From Methylophaga frappieri (GTDB lineage: Bacteria > Pseudomonadota > Gammaproteobacteria > Nitrosococcales > Methylophagaceae): DNA of 32,000 nt. The DNA is taken from positions 1,140,001-1,172,000 of the forward strand of contig NC_017856.1 in the NCBI RefSeq assembly GCF_000260965.1, given 5' to 3'. The notes below the pieces were generated by a model. It saw only the letters and a list, made by a program, of their open reading frames with translations, made no database searches and was not told the DNA's origin. Made by a program: the position numbers and the translations under genes. Below are positions 28,801-32,000 of the stretch, piece by piece; position 1 is the first letter of the stretch, and every line of letters starts with the position of its first letter.

Positions 28801-29033
28801 TCTGGCCACAGTTGCCTAAAAACACTCCAGATATACGCTGACGGAAAAGGAAAAACGAGATTCGCAGCAATCCCATGTTGCTGAGCAAGAAATAACGTCA
28901 GCCATCGGGATAATTTATTACTTTGTACCAATATGGTTTCTTGTTCAAATGGGGACAAAGGCGCTTTCAGCACTTGCTGGGCAAGATGCGAAGCAAGGTT
29001 TTGCGTATTATTACTGTAAACAATATTGAGCAT
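25821..29033 (-). CDS. recC: Exodeoxyribonuclease V subunit gamma (RecC)
   Basis: 1070 aa. The N-terminus MLNIVYSNNTQNLASHLAQ resembles E. coli RecC MLRVYHSNRLDVL. The size and its position upstream of and overlapping recB (4 nt) fit. Confidence 0.93.
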   Translation of the reverse strand: MLNIVYSNNTQNLASHLAQQVLKAPLSPFEQETILVQSNKLSRWLTLFLAQQHGIAANLVFPFPSAYIWSVFRQLWPDIPLDSPYSKSALVWRIYALLPRYSDVAGFESVSTYLGETNEPLKRYQLAERLADNFDQYLMFRPDWIRQWEKGQTDNWQSQLWYALTEHDTEPKHRAYLLEKLHDKLKNSNTPPEGLPQRLHLFGLTALPPVYLQTFTLLARYIDITIYTLSPSEYYWGELIETKQHHRVALQQSPDAVPYEPDHPLLASLGKQGMTFFRQLQEIEHQSISYFEPPESGQMLAELQADMYWLTVAEKSPVIETDDSIMVHSCHSPMREMEVLYDQLLAMFERDPDLSPADIVVMTPDIGVYAPWIEAVFGSAKGDQFIPFSITDYQSQSESQLIQTFLSLLQLPSSRLDVEMVLSALACPAVQKQFLLDETAIEWVRTWCRHTHIRWGFDQQDKQRLNLPATDANTWRAGLNRLMLGFAMPLTVPNQPVRLFDGELGLDGIQGEKATVAAALCAFIEKLNLWREVLDKPQTILDWHSHLNHCLDTFFDTSGRDEQQLDAELMAVRKQLDKLLESADQASFADEVGIELMHSWLSSHLEELNGAERFMGYGVTFCGMVPVRSIPFDVVCLVGMNDADFPRRQPGLSFDLLTQDHREGDRSRREDDRYLFLEAILSAKKRLYLSYVGASIVDNNDIPPSVLLSDFQDFLSMRFETQSGGDILDQIKTKHPLQPFSYRYFDGMDDKLFSFNASQCPPQIVSPKADWFASPLPEAEESWRHISVDQLARFFAHPAKFLLRERLHIQLQPDEQVLETREPFQLDGLSSWQLRQELLEVNLASAPVAAYRDIVRAKGVLPHGYIGDAWFDQEVDKVMDFSERLEQLRSESVAFTLPFEFCVERFQLEGQLEAVTEQGLLRYRLAKLKGKDVMAAWLDHLVLNHLHPEGIALETRLITEDNMLHFLPVNNVTPVLNKLLDYYWQGCHQPLKFFDKASLAYFRGVIAGKGDAAIEQARKVWSSGNLHVTSEQDDPYYQLLYPDSPLDDLFTEIAEQIYQDIVSHLQGGKL

Positions 29034-29263
29034 CAGCTAATCCAACCCAGCATGGTTTGAACCTGTGTTAAGGGCATCCTTGGCAACATCGTATAAAGTG
29101 CGCATTGGCTTAACCAAAGGCGATAAATGATGCTGTTGGTTGATGACTAAATTAGGTGTATTTTCTGGTTTTCATTTTGGCAGATTCTTGGCACAAATGC
29201 AGACCCTTTGACACCTATGTAGTCTGTTGAACTGTAATTGAGCGTTGATGGAGATGACCTCGA

Positions 29264-29725
29264 ATGAGTCACAATGACTTTGCCAAAAGGCTAGGCTGGT
29301 TTCTGGATAACAGTATTCGCCTACCTGGCGGTTATCGTATTGGTGTAGATGGGTTATTGGGACTGATTCCCGGCCTGGGTGATGCTATCGCCGGCTTGTT
29401 ATCTGGTCTGATTTTATTTCAGGCCCATCGGGCTGGTATACCCACGCCTATTAAATTGAGGATGTTAATTAATATTTTGATTGACACCAGCATTGGCGCC
29501 ATTCCTGTTTTCGGTGATATTTTTGATTTCGTCTGGAAAGCCAATCAACGAAATGCGGATCTCATCACTGCTTATCAACAGCACCCAGACAAAGTGAAAC
29601 GGCATTCATTGGTAGGAAGTCTGTTGTTTTTGATTATCCTGATTATCGCTTTAGTGCTAATGATTTGGTTAGCGATATGGATAGCGAGCAACTTATGGTC
29701 ACTACTTATCACCTCAGTTACTTAA
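29264..29725 (+). CDS. DUF4112 domain-containing membrane protein
   Basis: 153 aa. LDNSIRLPGGYRIGVDGLLGLIPGLGDAIAGLLS...IGAIPVFGDIFDFVWKANQRN matches the conserved DUF4112 pattern. It has a C-terminal TM helix. Confidence 0.78.
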   Translation: MSHNDFAKRLGWFLDNSIRLPGGYRIGVDGLLGLIPGLGDAIAGLLSGLILFQAHRAGIPTPIKLRMLINILIDTSIGAIPVFGDIFDFVWKANQRNADLITAYQQHPDKVKRHSLVGSLLFLIILIIALVLMIWLAIWIASNLWSLLITSVT

Positions 29726-29734
29726 GGAGATTTT

Positions 29735-29893
29735 ATGGATTTTATACGTGTTCTGATTGCGATTTTATTACCACCGCTGGGCGTGTTTTTACAGGTTGGT
29801 TTTGCCGGTGCTTTTTGGCTGAATATCCTGTTGACCTTGCTGGGCTACATACCTGGTATCGTTCACGCCGTTTGGATTATTGCCAAACGATAA
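29735..29893 (+). CDS. yqaE: YqaE/Pmp3 family small hydrophobic membrane protein (52 aa, not in the supplied ORF track)
   Basis: My manual translation is MDFIRVLIAILLPPLGVFLQVGFAGAFWLNILLTLLGYIPGIVHAVWIIAKR*. This is near-colinear with E. coli YqaE (..ILPPLGV....GF...F.INILLTLLGYIPG.IHA.W). The RBS AAGGAG is at 29724-29729. Confidence 0.85.
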   Translation: MDFIRVLIAILLPPLGVFLQVGFAGAFWLNILLTLLGYIPGIVHAVWIIAKR

Positions 29894-29902
29894 TAATAAA
29901 TT

Positions 29903-29937
29903 AAGGGGGAGGCATAAATTATACCTCCCCCTTTTTT
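29903..29937 (+). terminator. Rho-independent terminator after yqaE (shared spacer with convergent cytochrome b561)
   Basis: aagggggagg (29903-29912) and cctccccctt (29924-29933) form a perfect 10-bp GC-rich stem with an 11-nt loop, followed by a T-run up to 29937. Confidence 0.75.
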
Positions 29938-29943
29938 ATATCT

Positions 29944-30486
29944 TTACCAACGCATCATCCTTCGGACAATGCCATCATTTCGAAAAGCATGATAAACCGC
30001 CCCACTAATGTGTATAGCGACAAGGCCGAGCAATATCCAAGCTGAATAAGTATGTAACTCTCCCCAAAATTCATTCATCTCTTCGTCAGCAGGGAAAAGA
30101 CGGGGAATATCAACCAACCACCAGACAGTTGTATCCCAACGGGTATGTGCTGATGACAAAAATCCAGTCACACAGACAGCAAGAATAAACACGTAGATAG
30201 CAACATGCCCCCATAGCGCTAACTTGTATGCCCAAGGCTTCATGTCACTATCAGATGGTTGAGCCGGTCTATACTTAAGGCGCATATAGAGCAGAACAGC
30301 TAATAATAAAATTAACGTAATGCCAATATTTTTGTGTAGCTGAAATGGAAATGCTCGAAATTGTAACTCTGCTGATGGCAAGGGTAACCCCATCATCCAC
30401 CAGCTAGAAATAAATAAGAAAAAAATGGACACGGCGATAAGCCAGTGAACAATAACCGATGTTCTATTAAACCCTTCTCTTTGCAT
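29944..30486 (-). CDS. cybB: Cytochrome b561 family (CybB-like) di-heme membrane protein
   Basis: 4 TM helices with conserved His residues (VIVHWLIAV, FQLHKNIG, WGHVAIY, IHISGAVYHAF). The ATG at 30484-30486 has GGTGA upstream. The track start at 30495 is a GTG without an RBS. Confidence 0.8.
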   Translation of the reverse strand: MQREGFNRTSVIVHWLIAVSIFFLFISSWWMMGLPLPSAELQFRAFPFQLHKNIGITLILLLAVLLYMRLKYRPAQPSDSDMKPWAYKLALWGHVAIYVFILAVCVTGFLSSAHTRWDTTVWWLVDIPRLFPADEEMNEFWGELHTYSAWILLGLVAIHISGAVYHAFRNDGIVRRMMRW

Positions 30487-30534
30487 ATTCTTCACCCGAA
30501 ATCAATATGAGGTCTTCAAAAAGCGAGCAAACGC

Positions 30535-31089
30535 TCAACCTTTAGCCATTTCAGCATTTCTACCGGCAATTGCGCCTACCACCATCATGGCGTGCAAAAT
30601 TAACCACAACAGCACACTCCACAAATACGCATCACGCAGAATTGGCCCTGTATTGACCACGACAGCAAACTGCAATAAATCAATTACTGCAAGACAGGAA
30701 AAGACCGAAATAGCCCCAACGACGGACCAGTTAGTGAAATTCACTAAAGCACCGCCAACGATAATGGATAAAAATGCTAAAACAACACCCGCGACTGACA
30801 GAATCATCATGGCACTTGGAAACCAATCTGGCATCGCAAGGGCGATACCAGCCACATGATCAACGAGATATTCACATTCAGCCAGAGTTAACCCTTCTTC
30901 CTCTAGCTCTTCTTCCGGGCAATCAGCTTCTGGCATTATCCCGGAAGCAGGCATATTGCCTTGAATGACCGATTGTTTCATTAATTCGTTACCGTGCATG
31001 CCTGTTAAAAAAACGCCGAGCATTATTGCGATAACGCCGAGAATACTGGCCCAGTTAGGGTTTCCAGCCTGACTTCGACTCTCTTCCAT
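30535..31089 (-). CDS. Hypothetical 4-TM membrane protein with an acidic Cys-flanked loop
   Basis: 184-aa ORF with RBS AGGTG 4 nt before the ATG. It has four hydrophobic helices, and the loop between TM1 and TM2 contains DCPEEELEEEGLTLAECEY. I recognise no family. It sits 48 nt upstream of cytochrome b561 on the same strand. Confidence 0.6.
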   Translation of the reverse strand: MEESRSQAGNPNWASILGVIAIMLGVFLTGMHGNELMKQSVIQGNMPASGIMPEADCPEEELEEEGLTLAECEYLVDHVAGIALAMPDWFPSAMMILSVAGVVLAFLSIIVGGALVNFTNWSVVGAISVFSCLAVIDLLQFAVVVNTGPILRDAYLWSVLLWLILHAMMVVGAIAGRNAEMAKG

Positions 31090-31507
31090 AAAACACCTAT
31101 TTTTATAATTTATTTTTTATGTCCTGCGCGGACACATCTCTCACATTGAGGAACATTACCCAAGCAATAATGGATTAACAAGCTCCATTGTGTTTAACAC
31201 GAGACTGTCTTTTATTACTCTGTGTTCCCTAGCTTAACTTAACAAAATTTGAGCAGATAGGTGATACCTCTTCACGAAATTCAGGAATATTTCCTAACAA
31301 ATGTATTAAAAAAATAGGGATAAAAAATAAAAACCCTAGGCAAGGCAGTCAAAATGGTCAAAGAAGTTGGGAACAAATCATGACGATGCCATTGTAAGTA
31401 GCTCAGCTAGAGGCAACAGCTCAATCAGGAAAATGAAAGTGTGCGTTTAAGGGATTCTTAACGAATTCAGTTCTTGTCGCTACATCAACGAGACAATTCT
31501 TCTATGC

Positions 31508-32000
31508 CTATTTAAGTTTCTCAAGACCAAAAAACCGTAATAGAACTCGATCTATTTTTGTCGTCGTTATTCCGCGGCGCATGCAAAATAAAAAATATTT
31601 TTCAAAAAGAATTTTTATTGAACGAACCCAGCGGCCTTTTTTTACCCATACCCGGTTACGCGGCGGGATTTGCGGCACCGCAATAAAAGCCGCACCGGTG
31701 TGCCCAATATCTGCTAAACACACCGCATTCCAGCTCGCTTCGTAAGAAGCCGGCTGGCTGGCTATTTCGGCAATGATATTGTTGACTGCCGCTTTGGTCA
31801 TCGTTTCAATCATGAAGCCGGTTTTAGGGACCCCGACAGGCAGCGCAGTGCCATTAACGGCCGGAATATCGATACACACGCCAACACCAAAAACATTGGA
31901 AAATGCCAGGCTACGCTGACAGGCATCGACTCTCAAAAAACCACGTGAATTGACTGCCGGTGCACCCAGTGCTGCCACACAAGCGACACCGCGAAATGCC
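31508..32000 (-). CDS. sqr: Sulfide:quinone oxidoreductase (type I SQR), C-terminal part; the 5' end lies outside the window
   Basis: ...VGVPKTGFMIETMTKAAVNNI...WNAVCLADIGHTGAAFIAVPQIPPRNRVWVKKGRWVRSIKILFEKYF... is colinear with the C-terminal third of characterised SQRs such as the Acidithiobacillus enzyme. This includes the conserved redox Cys (NAVCLAD) and the C-terminal amphipathic membrane-anchor helices. The frame stays open to the window edge. Confidence 0.85.
   Translation of the reverse strand, partial: AFRGVACVAALGAPAVNSRGFLRVDACQRSLAFSNVFGVGVCIDIPAVNGTALPVGVPKTGFMIETMTKAAVNNIIAEIASQPASYEASWNAVCLADIGHTGAAFIAVPQIPPRNRVWVKKGRWVRSIKILFEKYFLFCMRRGITTTKIDRVLLRFFGLEKLK

Noticed and set aside
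31396-31432. tRNA-like string gtagctcagctagaggcaacagctc in the sqr-downstream spacer, resembling a tRNA D-arm (TAGCTCAGCTGG-AGAGC)
   Set aside because: I could not fold an acceptor stem, anticodon arm or T-arm (no GTTCGAATC-like box) around it. It is probably a chance resemblance, or at most a tiny remnant. tRNAscan-SE or Infernal would settle it.
1-32000. Search for mobile elements, CRISPR arrays, integrase/att sites, toxin-antitoxin pairs or a compositionally distinct island
   Set aside because: I found no transposase, integrase or phage-like ORFs, no regularly spaced repeats and no flanking long direct repeats. Nearly every ORF has a housekeeping homologue, and base composition looks uniform apart from slightly A/T-richer sequence around 29.9-31.5 kb.

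Overview
This window reads as an ordinary, densely coded chromosomal core region of a Gammaproteobacterium with mid-40s % GC by eye. I saw no rRNA or tRNA genes, CRISPR array, transposase, integrase, prophage genes or recognisable defence island.

Gene content, left to right:
- nth 3' end, DUF1841, an MDR-type oxidoreductase and a membrane-anchored cytochrome c5.
- A six-gene group-2 Mrp Na+/H+ antiporter operon (mrpA with a fused B domain, then C, D, E, F, G), with yaiI (DUF188) translationally coupled to its end.
- A minus-strand comM-rep-ycnI array.
- A DUF481 outer-membrane protein.
- A minus-strand ubiK, secreted hypothetical and ppnP group.
- yhcB, convergent with a HerA-like DUF853 ATPase (yjgR).
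- An uncharacterised membrane protein and a COG3315-type SAM methyltransferase.
- A small secreted helical protein.
- A compact overlapping recC-recB-recD operon.
- DUF4112 plus a 52-aa Pmp3/YqaE gene that falls below the ORF-track cutoff.
- Cytochrome b561 with an unknown 4-TM protein, followed by the 3' part of a type I sulfide:quinone oxidoreductase.

Several ORF-track entries use over-long alternative starts (rep, comM, ppnP, DUF481, the methyltransferase), which I trimmed by homology and RBS logic.

I found no convincing undescribed system. The most interesting observations are unusual gene couplings (Mrp-YaiI, rep-ycnI, and sqr with the 4-TM protein and cytochrome b561), a 315-bp unexplained spacer, and a few orphan secreted or membrane proteins. 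All of these have modest interest scores.
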